Assembly (NCBI RefSeq): GCF_004365815.1 | Contig: NZ_SODD01000028.1 | Coordinates: 1 to 31,800 of the forward strand | Length of the DNA stretch: 31,800 nt | Direction: 5' to 3' | Origin: Breznakia blatticola | GTDB lineage: Bacteria > Bacillota_I > Bacilli_A > Erysipelotrichales > Erysipelotrichaceae | Part shown: positions 24,951 through 31,800 of the stretch, piece by piece | Layout: the number at the start of each line of letters is the position of its first letter | Position numbering within the stretch: position 1 is the stretch's first letter | Translations under genes and position numbers: made by a program | The notes under the pieces: generated by a model | What the model was told of the DNA's origin: nothing | Databases searched by the model: none | What the model saw: only the letters and a program-made list of their open reading frames with translations

Positions 24951-26216
24951 TTATGAATTTCCTTTCAAAAATCCAACTGGATGGATAGTATGGTTTCCTT
25001 TTGGGTCAACAGAACTGAAAGCTCTATCTACGAGCGATGAAGCAGAGTTCACACTATAGAAACCATATTTTTTTCGTATATCTTCAACTACTATTTCTAT
25101 TTTTCGATTTTTTGCCTTAGCTACTGTATCTTCAAAGAAGTTTAATTGATAGTACATGTTTGTTTTAGTAAGCTGTGATGCATGTACGCCAATACTACGT
25201 ATAGGAAGTACAAAGTCATAACTTTCTGCAAGTAGTTGCATTGCGATTTGCAAGATTTCACTGCATGTGTCAATTGCAACTGGTATTTTACGCTGATGAG
25301 TAAATCTGTGTAAATTGGTATCTCTTACTGAAAGTGTAATGACTTTGGCCATAAACTCTTTTTCTCGTAGACGACAAGCAACAGAATTGCTAAGTCTTTC
25401 TAAGACGATCCTTGCTTCATTTGCGTTTGTAATATCCTTAGGTGTAGTCCAAGAATTGCCAATTGATTTTGGCGGGGTTGTAAATGTTTCTAATGTAACT
25501 TCACTTGCTTCCATTCCATTAGCATAGCTCCAAATTAGAAGTCCCATTTTGCCAAATTTTTGTTTTAGTAATGTGGTTGATGCGCAAGCTAAATCTCCAA
25601 TTGTATAGATATGAAGATCATGTAATTTTTTTGTTGTTGCATGACCAACCATAAGTAAATAACTAACAGGTAATTGCCAAGCAAATGTTTTAAAGTTTTC
25701 TTGTGTAATTTCTGTAAGTCCACTTGGTTTCTTATAATCGGAACCAAGTTTTGCGAACACTTTATTGAAACTAACACCAATAGATACAGTTAATCCATAT
25801 TCATGATACACACGTCTTTGAATTTCTTGTGCGATTTGCATTCCACTACCATATATACGAAGTGAATCAGTGACATCAACCCATGCTTCATCTAAACCAA
25901 AATCTTCTACACGATCTGAGTATTCGTGATAAATTTCTTTTACTTTTGAAGTATAGTATGTGTATTTTTTCATATCCGCTTGCACAATATGTAAGTCCGG
26001 ACATTTCTTTAATGCATTTCGAATGGGTTCTCCAGTAACGATTTTAAATGGTTTAGCCTTCATATTTTTTGCAAGAATGATTCCATGTCTTTGTGACTCA
26101 TCACCTCCAACAGCCATTGGGACATCACGTAAAGGTGGTGTTAACATTTCTTCAATTTGCGCATAGCAATGATTTATATCAATATGTAAGATAGTTCTCA
26201 TTTCGTGTTGTATCAT
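24951..26216 (-). CDS. Y-family (UmuC/ImpB/DinB-type) translesion DNA polymerase
   Basis: 421 aa. N-terminal ILHIDINHCYAQIE (catalytic Asp motif) and FGLDEAWVDVT (DE motif). AGGAGG RBS. Confidence 0.9.
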   Translation of the reverse strand: MIQHEMRTILHIDINHCYAQIEEMLTPPLRDVPMAVGGDESQRHGIILAKNMKAKPFKIVTGEPIRNALKKCPDLHIVQADMKKYTYYTSKVKEIYHEYSDRVEDFGLDEAWVDVTDSLRIYGSGMQIAQEIQRRVYHEYGLTVSIGVSFNKVFAKLGSDYKKPSGLTEITQENFKTFAWQLPVSYLLMVGHATTKKLHDLHIYTIGDLACASTTLLKQKFGKMGLLIWSYANGMEASEVTLETFTTPPKSIGNSWTTPKDITNANEARIVLERLSNSVACRLREKEFMAKVITLSVRDTNLHRFTHQRKIPVAIDTCSEILQIAMQLLAESYDFVLPIRSIGVHASQLTKTNMYYQLNFFEDTVAKAKNRKIEIVVEDIRKKYGFYSVNSASSLVDRAFSSVDPKGNHTIHPVGFLKGNS

Positions 26217-26243
26217 GTGTCCTCCTAACTAGAGCATACCACA

Positions 26244-26273
26244 AGATTACCATTTTTCAATCAAAAATGGCAA
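26244..26273 (-). promoter_or_regulatory. Putative promoter of the polymerase operon
   Basis: On the minus strand: TTGCCA (26273-26268), an 18-bp spacer, then TGgTAATCT (-10 at 26249-26244). Confidence 0.5.
26250..26270. promoter_or_regulatory. Candidate operator: perfect inverted repeat CCATTTTT-N5-AAAAATGG
   Basis: 8-bp arms at 26250-26257 and 26263-26270. The repeat fills the spacer and touches the -35 of the polymerase promoter. Confidence 0.5.
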
Positions 26274-26299
26274 AAAATACTTTTTCTATTTTAATAAAT

Positions 26300-26328
26300 T
26301 TGCATTGTTACAAAAATAGTGATAACAT
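26300..26328 (+). promoter_or_regulatory. Putative promoter of the repressor-SRAP operon; predicted leaderless
   Basis: TTGCAT (26300-26305), a 17-bp spacer, then TGaTAACAT (-10 at 26323-26328). The ATG at 26335 lies 6 nt downstream, with no SD. Confidence 0.5.
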
Positions 26329-26334
26329 GAAATC

Positions 26335-26925
26335 ATGAATAAAGATATATTAAAACACCAAATGGAAATCATAGGGATTTCACCAAAAGAGATTGCAAAC
26401 CATTTAGATGTAGGGGTATCAAGTGTTTATCGTTGGCTTGATGGAACAACGAAAAGTATTCCACAAGAAAAACAAGACCGCTTAGCAGAACTGTTACAAC
26501 TTTCTTCGCGTGCACTTGATGATGATGCGCAAAATTTATTAAAACCAATTTTAGGAAATGTAAAAGCTGGTTATGATTTATTTGCAGCTGAAGATCTTTT
26601 GGGGTATGAAGAAGTAACAGAAATCGAATCAACGAAAGGGGATTACTATTTGAAAGTACAGGGAGATTCGATGATAGGCGTTGGTATTTTTGATGGCGAT
26701 TTAGTCTATGTGAAACAATGTAATGAAGTGGAAAACAATAAAATTGCGGTAGTTTTAGTTGGTGAGGAAGTTACAATAAAAAAAGTAATCATGAAAGATG
26801 ATGTACTAATTTTAGAAGCAGCAAACCAAACGGTCGCAAATCGCTTTTTTAATAAAAACGAAATTGATATTCTACCAGTAAGAATTATTGGTCAAGTTAT
26901 GCACTCAAAAAGGAATTTTTCATAA
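26335..26925 (+). CDS. LexA-like autocleavable repressor with an XRE-type HTH and an S24 peptidase domain (HdiR-like)
   Basis: HTH ISPKEIANHLDVGVSSVYRWL. Aligned by hand to LexA: cleavage site VKA78-G79, catalytic Ser in GDS112M, Lys in TIK149K. Confidence 0.85.
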   Translation: MNKDILKHQMEIIGISPKEIANHLDVGVSSVYRWLDGTTKSIPQEKQDRLAELLQLSSRALDDDAQNLLKPILGNVKAGYDLFAAEDLLGYEEVTEIESTKGDYYLKVQGDSMIGVGIFDGDLVYVKQCNEVENNKIAVVLVGEEVTIKKVIMKDDVLILEAANQTVANRFFNKNEIDILPVRIIGQVMHSKRNFS

Positions 26926-27485
26926 TGTGTGGTCGATTTCTCTCGCTCACTAAAGAAGATTGGAAAGAAATCTTACAAGGAGCTTATGAAGAATCACAAC
27001 TTCCTGTTGTACATCAAGATGTATATCCTTCACAACCATATCTTGTAAAAACAAACACTGGATTTAAAATGATGCAGTGGGGAATTGAACCGAGTTGGAA
27101 AAAGATGCGAATTATTAATGCGCGTGTAGAAAGTGTCCTTGAAAAGCCGATGTTTAGACCTTTATATCAAAATCAACGCTGCATTATTTATGTGAAAGCA
27201 TTTTATGAATGGGATAAGCAAAAACATCAATATCTTTTAGATAAACCAAACAAAAAAATCCTGGCACTTGCAGGATTTTATGAAAAAAAAGAATCTGGAG
27301 ATACATTTGTTATTATGACACAAGATGCAACATCCGATTTTAAAATGATTCATGATAGACTTCCTTGTATGTTGGATGAACCAATGATTGACCAATATAT
27401 AAAAGGTGAAAGCATACCTTTTACTAGTTTCAAAAATGCACTAAATGGAATTGAATGGAAACCAGTTCCTTCTGCTATAGTATAA
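26925..27485 (+). CDS. SOS response-associated peptidase (SRAP; YedK/HMCES family)
   Basis: N-terminal MCGRF (catalytic Cys2), with Asn65 (IINARVE), Glu95 (FYEW) and His143 (IHDRLP). At 186 aa it is shorter than typical. TAATG overlap with the repressor gene. Confidence 0.88.
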   Translation: MCGRFLSLTKEDWKEILQGAYEESQLPVVHQDVYPSQPYLVKTNTGFKMMQWGIEPSWKKMRIINARVESVLEKPMFRPLYQNQRCIIYVKAFYEWDKQKHQYLLDKPNKKILALAGFYEKKESGDTFVIMTQDATSDFKMIHDRLPCMLDEPMIDQYIKGESIPFTSFKNALNGIEWKPVPSAIV

Positions 27486-27491
27486 AATATT

Positions 27492-27537
27492 AAAAAAGGT
27501 ATAAGTTTCTTGTGAGAAGAAGGGCTTATACCTTTAC
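27492..27537. terminator. Bidirectional terminator hairpin (SRAP operon on the plus strand, tRNA-Lys on the minus strand)
   Basis: AAAGGTATAAG/CTTATACCTTT 11-bp stem plus an inner TTCTT/AAGAA helix. T6 follows on the minus strand and TTT on the plus strand. Confidence 0.7.
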
Positions 27538-27546
27538 TATGTTTAA

Positions 27547-27622
27547 TGGTGTCCCCGTAGGGATTCGAACCCTAGACCCATTGATTAAGAGTCAATTGCT
27601 CTACCAACTGAGCTACGGAGAC
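27547..27622 (-). tRNA. tRNA-Lys (anticodon CUU)
   Basis: Anticodon loop CUCUUAA, acceptor GTCTCCG/CGGGGAC (one G-U pair), encoded CCA. Confidence 0.95.
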
Positions 27623-27650
27623 ATGTATTGTGCAAAATTGCTGCATCACT

Positions 27651-27679
27651 ATTATATGCTTATTTTCTTAGCGAATCAA
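27651..27679 (-). promoter_or_regulatory. Promoter of tRNA-Lys(CUU)
   Basis: On the minus strand: TTGATT (27679-27674), a 17-bp spacer, then TATAAT (27656-27651). Confidence 0.6.
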
Positions 27680-27725
27680 CCCAAAAATTAGGATTAAAGT
27701 AAAAAAAATCCTACATATATATGAG

Positions 27726-28421
27726 GTGAGTAACATTAAAGTAAAAGAATTGAAGGAAAGTGAAAGACCAAGAGAAAAAGCTTTAAAATATGGAATGGAT
27801 ACTTTATCAAATAAAGAGTTGTTAGCAATTATCTTGCGTTGTGGGTATAAAGATGTATCGGTACTTGAACTTGCTGATAAATTGCTACATGTAAGTGACG
27901 GGTTAGTACCATTATTTTCGATGAGTTTTGATGAACTCATTCGAATTAAGGGAATATCTGTAATCAAAGCTTTGGAATTGATGAGTGTATTTGAATTAAG
28001 TAAACGAAGTATCTACGCAAAGTTAAAGAATGCACCTGTCTTAAATGATCCACAGATGGTCTATAACTATTTAAATAAGAAAATTGGATTGAAGAAACAA
28101 GAGCATTTTTATGTATTGTATTTGAATGTGAAAAATCAAATCATTCATGAAAACACGGTTTTTGTTGGTACGTTAAATGTGAGTGTTGTTCATCCGCGTG
28201 AAGTTTTTAAAGAAGCTATTCAAAAGCATGCTGCAGCTATCATTGTGGCACATAATCATCCAAGTGGAAGTGCAGAACCAAGTAAACAGGACTTGCAACT
28301 CACAAATAAATTGATTGAAAGTGGCAAAATTATTGGGATACCCATTATTGATCACATTATTGTTGCTCAAAATAATCATTTTAGTTTTGTAGAAAATGGA
28401 CTGATTCATCACGAAAAATAG
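27726..28421 (+). CDS. radC: RadC-family JAB-domain protein (UPF0758)
   Basis: N-terminal ERPREKAL and the helix-hairpin-helix region. JAMM motif HNHPSGSAEPSKQD. The GTG start is poorly supported, and the exact start is uncertain. Confidence 0.88.
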   Translation: MSNIKVKELKESERPREKALKYGMDTLSNKELLAIILRCGYKDVSVLELADKLLHVSDGLVPLFSMSFDELIRIKGISVIKALELMSVFELSKRSIYAKLKNAPVLNDPQMVYNYLNKKIGLKKQEHFYVLYLNVKNQIIHENTVFVGTLNVSVVHPREVFKEAIQKHAAAIIVAHNHPSGSAEPSKQDLQLTNKLIESGKIIGIPIIDHIIVAQNNHFSFVENGLIHHEK

Positions 28422-28498
28422 GAAGATTTACAATGTGAATCTTCCTTTATTAATTGTCGTAGATAGTTTATAATGGAGGTCGTAAGAAAGGAATGTTT

Positions 28499-29353
28499 AT
28501 GCCAAAAATTACAAAACGACCAAATGAAACAGCGCGCTTTAATCGCTCGCAAAAAATATTAATATTTATCTGCATTATTTTACTTATTTTCGGATTTTCA
28601 ACACGTATTATGGGAGGTAATGCAGCTTCTGAGTCAGGATATGACTTATTTACAATGTTGCGTTATTCATTGATTGAAAAACCAACGCGTACGATCCTTA
28701 ACTTTTCAAAGGACATTAGTAACCTTTGGAATGTGCAAAGTGAGAATGATGAGTTGCGTCAAGAAATCGCTAGTCAAAAAATGTATAAGTCTGAATTAGA
28801 CGATACAAAACGTCGTCTTGCTGAGCTTGAGGCATTACAAGGTATCACAAGCAACGATCAATATGATAGTATCGGAGCAACTGTTATTGCACGAGATGTG
28901 CAAGGTTGGTCAAATGTGATGACTATTAATGTTGGAAGTAATGATGGCATCACAAAAGATATGTCAGTAATTAGTTCAAAAGGATTGTTGGGTAGAGTGG
29001 TTGAGGTACATGATAAAACATCGAAGGTACAACTGCTTACTGCAGAAAAAACTGACTCGCAAGTTTCGATTAAAATCGAACTAAGTAGTGATAAATCTAC
29101 AACAGGATCGTTAGAAACCTATGACAAGACAACTGGAATGTTCACCGCTAATATTTTCGATTCAACTGTTGAAATAAAAAAAGGAATGAAAGTGGTAACT
29201 TCTGGTATTGGTGGAGCGACACCATCAGGAATTTTAATTGGTGAAGTGCAAGATGTTGAAAAACTATATAACGCTGAAGGTGTGAAAATTCAAATCAAAC
29301 CAGCAGTTGATTTCAATGATTTTACTTATGTTAGTGTATTAAAGGTGAAGTAG
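28499..29353 (+). CDS. mreC: Rod shape-determining protein MreC
   Basis: N-terminal TM, coiled-coil (ENDELRQEIASQKMYKSELDD) and beta-barrel domains (GLLGRVVEV, PSGILIGEV). The start was chosen at the second ATG for better RBS spacing. Confidence 0.9.
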   Translation: MPKITKRPNETARFNRSQKILIFICIILLIFGFSTRIMGGNAASESGYDLFTMLRYSLIEKPTRTILNFSKDISNLWNVQSENDELRQEIASQKMYKSELDDTKRRLAELEALQGITSNDQYDSIGATVIARDVQGWSNVMTINVGSNDGITKDMSVISSKGLLGRVVEVHDKTSKVQLLTAEKTDSQVSIKIELSSDKSTTGSLETYDKTTGMFTANIFDSTVEIKKGMKVVTSGIGGATPSGILIGEVQDVEKLYNAEGVKIQIKPAVDFNDFTYVSVLKVK

Positions 29354-29905
29354 ATGGTAGTGCAATATATATTTGTTTTTGCATGCTTCCTAATCGATGG
29401 GATCATTGAAACTTGCTTCCCAGTGAATTTCGCGATGAATAGTGTGTATTTCGTGTCATGCTTTGGTGTTTGTGCACTGATTTTGACAATTCGTAAAATG
29501 GACTTTATTGATGCGTTGATATTATCTATACTTAGCGGGATGTTCTATGATTTTTTCTTTACGAATTCGTTTTTAGTTTATATATTTATTTTTGTTTTGT
29601 TGTGTTTTATTGTTAAAGCATGGCAAAAACATGTCGGAGAGTCTTTACTAGAAAGTATAATTCTTGCGATATGCTCTTTATTTACGATGCAATTAATTAC
29701 ATATGCATTGATGTGGTTTTCAGGAGATACAAGAGTTAGTTTCAATTCATGGATTTATAATCGTATGTTTTTAACATTAGTTGTAAATGTCGGATTTGTA
29801 TTTATATTACATTTCTTAACGAACTTGCGTGACGATTACATACGTATGCGTGATTTGAAAATAAGAAAAGATGAGAAATTATCAACACGTTTACTAAGGA
29901 GGTAG
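29354..29905 (+). CDS. mreD: Rod shape-determining protein MreD
   Basis: 183 aa polytopic membrane protein, immediately after mreC (1-nt gap). Confidence 0.72.
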   Translation: MVVQYIFVFACFLIDGIIETCFPVNFAMNSVYFVSCFGVCALILTIRKMDFIDALILSILSGMFYDFFFTNSFLVYIFIFVLLCFIVKAWQKHVGESLLESIILAICSLFTMQLITYALMWFSGDTRVSFNSWIYNRMFLTLVVNVGFVFILHFLTNLRDDYIRMRDLKIRKDEKLSTRLLRR

Positions 29906-29907
29906 GG

Positions 29908-30849
29908 ATGAAAAAACTAATGGTTTGCGTCCTTTTTCTATCATGTTTTATGATGGGAGGATGCTCGAAAAATGAATATCAAATTGCTGTTACATCCTAT
30001 CCAATTAAATTTTTAGTTGAACGTATTGGCGAACCGCATATTACAGTAGAGAGTATCTCAAATGGCGAAACGATACAAAGTGCTTCCATTACTAGTGAAT
30101 ACCAAATTATTCTTAATGATAGTGATGCATTATTGTTTATTTCTGGAATGGAACCTTATTTTGAAATCTATGGAAAAGAACTCCGTAATGATGCAAAAAA
30201 TTATTTAGATTTGCAAGGATATGGTTACTTTAATGACTTTGCGAGATATACCAAAAATAGTGTTGGAACACTTGTTCAAGAACCGTATTATGAAGGAAAT
30301 CAATTTTCGACGATTAATACGTATACCAAAGATCCATTTATCTGGATGGACCCTTTGCAAATGATTTCTGCAGCTGAATCTATCCGTGACTATATGATTT
30401 CTTTGTATCCTCATCTTGAAGATGATTTTCGTAAGAACTATGATGCATTAGAGATTGAACTTACTAACTTAGATGCACATTTTCAAACACTTAAAAGCAA
30501 AGAAATTTCATTTGTAAGTACTACTGCAAGTTTTGGAAATTGGCAAAATACATATGATATGCATGTGTATCCACTTTGTTTGTCGAAATTTGGTGCAACA
30601 CCAACTGATGATCAGTTGGAAATCATTTTGCAAAGAATTCGTGATGATGGAGTAAGGTATATTGTTCACGAACAAAATCTAAATCCAGAAATGGAAGAGT
30701 TATATCAAACGGTTCGAGATGAGCTAGGTCTAATCTCGATAGAAATAAATAATATGTCAGCACTAACCAATGAGGATCGCGAAGAAAATCGTGACTATTT
30801 AACTATTATGTATGAAAATTTTAAGGTGCTAGAAGGAATCGAGAATTAG
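29908..30849 (+). CDS. TroA/PsaA-fold (cluster A-I metal SBP-like) lipoprotein with non-canonical ligand positions
   Basis: Lipobox MMGGC. IAVTSYPIKFLVERIG, DPFIWMDP and ISFVSTTASFGNW align by hand to ZnuA/PsaA motifs, but the His/His/Glu/Asp ligand positions are substituted. No ABC permease or ATPase is adjacent. Confidence 0.7.
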   Translation: MKKLMVCVLFLSCFMMGGCSKNEYQIAVTSYPIKFLVERIGEPHITVESISNGETIQSASITSEYQIILNDSDALLFISGMEPYFEIYGKELRNDAKNYLDLQGYGYFNDFARYTKNSVGTLVQEPYYEGNQFSTINTYTKDPFIWMDPLQMISAAESIRDYMISLYPHLEDDFRKNYDALEIELTNLDAHFQTLKSKEISFVSTTASFGNWQNTYDMHVYPLCLSKFGATPTDDQLEIILQRIRDDGVRYIVHEQNLNPEMEELYQTVRDELGLISIEINNMSALTNEDREENRDYLTIMYENFKVLEGIEN

Positions 30850-30851
30850 TT

Positions 30852-31313
30852 ATGAAAATTATTGTTGTTAGTGATTCGCATGGAATCCGTTCAAAATTAG
30901 ATAAAATTTTAGAAATGCATAGAGATGCTGACTTATTTTTGCACTGTGGCGATATTTGTTTAGACAGTTATGAGTATCCACAATTTATTACAGTAACAGG
31001 AAATAATGATTATTATGATTATCCAAGTGAAATTATACTAAATCTTCCACATCACAAATTGATTATGTTTCATTCACATATGTTTGGATATTTTAATCGT
31101 GACAAACAGATGGTGAAAAAAGCAAAAAGTAAAGGATGTGACATTGTTTGTTATGGACATACACATATTGCTGATTATCGAGTGATTGATGGTGTTCATG
31201 TATTAAATCCAGGATCTTTGCAAATGTCACGTGATGGAAGAGATACTTCATATGCAATTATGCATGTTGATGATACAAGTGGCGAAATTGAAGTTGAGTT
31301 TATATTTGGCTAA
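30852..31313 (+). CDS. YfcE/MJ0936-family metallophosphoesterase
   Basis: Motifs VSDSHG, HCGDI, GNNDY and GHTH. 153 aa. Confidence 0.85.
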   Translation: MKIIVVSDSHGIRSKLDKILEMHRDADLFLHCGDICLDSYEYPQFITVTGNNDYYDYPSEIILNLPHHKLIMFHSHMFGYFNRDKQMVKKAKSKGCDIVCYGHTHIADYRVIDGVHVLNPGSLQMSRDGRDTSYAIMHVDDTSGEIEVEFIFG

Positions 31314-31385
31314 AAGATACAATATATGTTAAATCATTGGATTTGGATTAGGTGTATGCTCTATTCAACTGAGCAAAAGAATTGC

Positions 31386-31414
31386 TTGCCAAAGCGAAAA
31401 ATCTTTGTTATTAT
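31386..31414 (+). promoter_or_regulatory. Promoter of tRNA-Arg
   Basis: TTGCCA (31386-31391), a 17-bp spacer, then TGtTATTAT (-10 at 31409-31414). Confidence 0.6.
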
Positions 31415-31427
31415 GATTTAGCGTTAT

Positions 31428-31504
31428 GTCTACGTAGCTCAGTTGGATAGAGCATACGCCTTCTAAGCGTACGGTCAGGGGTTCGAATCCCTTCGTGGAC
31501 GCCA
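31428..31504 (+). tRNA. tRNA-Arg (anticodon UCU)
   Basis: Anticodon loop CUUCUAA, GGTTCGAATCC T-arm, encoded CCA. Confidence 0.95.
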
Positions 31505-31512
31505 TATGCATA

Positions 31513-31543
31513 AAAACCCTTTATTTAAAGGGTTTCTTTTTTT
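31513..31543 (+). terminator. Intrinsic terminator of tRNA-Arg
   Basis: AAAACCCTT/AAGGGTTT stem followed by a T-run. Confidence 0.8.
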
Positions 31544-31672
31544 ACTTTCTCGAATTTGTACCAATAATCATGACCGGACGCGATTATGTGTTTTGTGTTT
31601 TTATGCATGAATTTTATATATCCATGAAAAAATACTCTATTTTCTGTAATGTCATTAAGTTAAGAATCCATT

Positions 31673-31717
31673 AACCAAGCAAAATTCATCGATGAAGTGA
31701 ATTTTCTTGGTTTTTTT
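31673..31717 (+). terminator. Strong orphan intrinsic terminator (15-bp stem, one C bulge, T7)
   Basis: AACCAAG(C)AAAATTCA pairs with TGAATTTTCTTGGTT, followed by TTTTTTT. No annotated gene lies upstream of it on the plus strand. Confidence 0.65.
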
Positions 31718-31800
31718 GTTGTCTTCTAAAAGTTGTGTTCTTTTAAGCAGTAAAGAATATGCTAAAAAGATGTTCTTTGTAGTGAACATTTTTTGAAGTT

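Noticed and set aside
26217-26334. Search for a canonical Gram-positive LexA (Cheo) box CGAAC-N4-GTTCG in the polymerase/repressor control region
   Set aside because: I saw no GAAC...GTTC pair in this region by eye. The only strong dyad is CCATTTTT-N5-AAAAATGG, which is reported separately.
24680-27540. Possibility that the Y-polymerase/repressor/SRAP cassette is a mobile element or prophage remnant integrated next to tRNA-Lys(CUU)
   Set aside because: There is no integrase, recombinase, transposase or phage structural gene. I found no direct repeat of the tRNA 3' end at the far border, and the composition looks like the flanking DNA. I treat it as a chromosomal cassette. Synteny comparison could still overturn this.

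Overview
This is an AT-rich chromosomal segment (GC not computed). Its signals are those of a low-GC Bacillota/Firmicutes genome: TTGACA/TATAAT-type promoters with frequent TGn extended -10 boxes, GGAGG ribosome-binding sites, a T-box leader, and tRNAs with encoded CCA.

Most of the content is housekeeping, in this order:
- glpK, a CorA-like transporter, class I FBP aldolase and an SDR oxidoreductase.
- A T-box-controlled amino-acid ABC importer and a split ThrE-type exporter.
- A divergent Maf-like gene and an orphan nuclease-like ORF.
- A six-tRNA operon on the minus strand (Val-Thr-Tyr-Gln-Lys-Gly).
- alr, an AI-2E transporter, and a thioredoxin-like lipoprotein coupled to a membrane-anchored thermonuclease.
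- An aldose-1-epimerase-like gene with hflX, a DUF5996-like protein, a PAP2 phosphatase and an RluA-family pseudouridine synthase.
- A NatAB-like ABC-2 exporter and rimO.
- A divergent SOS-type cassette: small ORF <- Y-family polymerase <-> XRE-HTH/S24 HdiR-like repressor -> SRAP.
- tRNA-Lys(CUU), then radC-mreC-mreD-(TroA-fold lipoprotein)-yfcE-like, then tRNA-Arg(UCU).

I saw no transposase, integrase, CRISPR array, rRNA or recognisable defence hallmark gene.

The items most worth a second look are:
1. A free-standing promoter-to-terminator unit of about 315 nt that encodes a hairpin-dense, GGA-rich RNA with no ORF (20432-20790). It shares a purine motif with a large hairpin upstream of hflX.
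2. The damage-tolerance cassette, which has a non-Cheo-box operator and an SRAP gene translationally coupled to the repressor.
3. A solitary restriction-endonuclease-like ORF with no methyltransferase, paired with a degenerate Maf paralog.
4. A TroA/PsaA-fold lipoprotein in the mreCD operon that appears to lack all four metal ligands. The operon itself lacks mreB.
5. Three genes that share the same predicted leaderless promoter geometry.
6. A T-box with a probable Leu (CUC) specifier on a 'polar amino acid' ABC importer.

All functional calls come from reading motifs by eye. No database search was possible.
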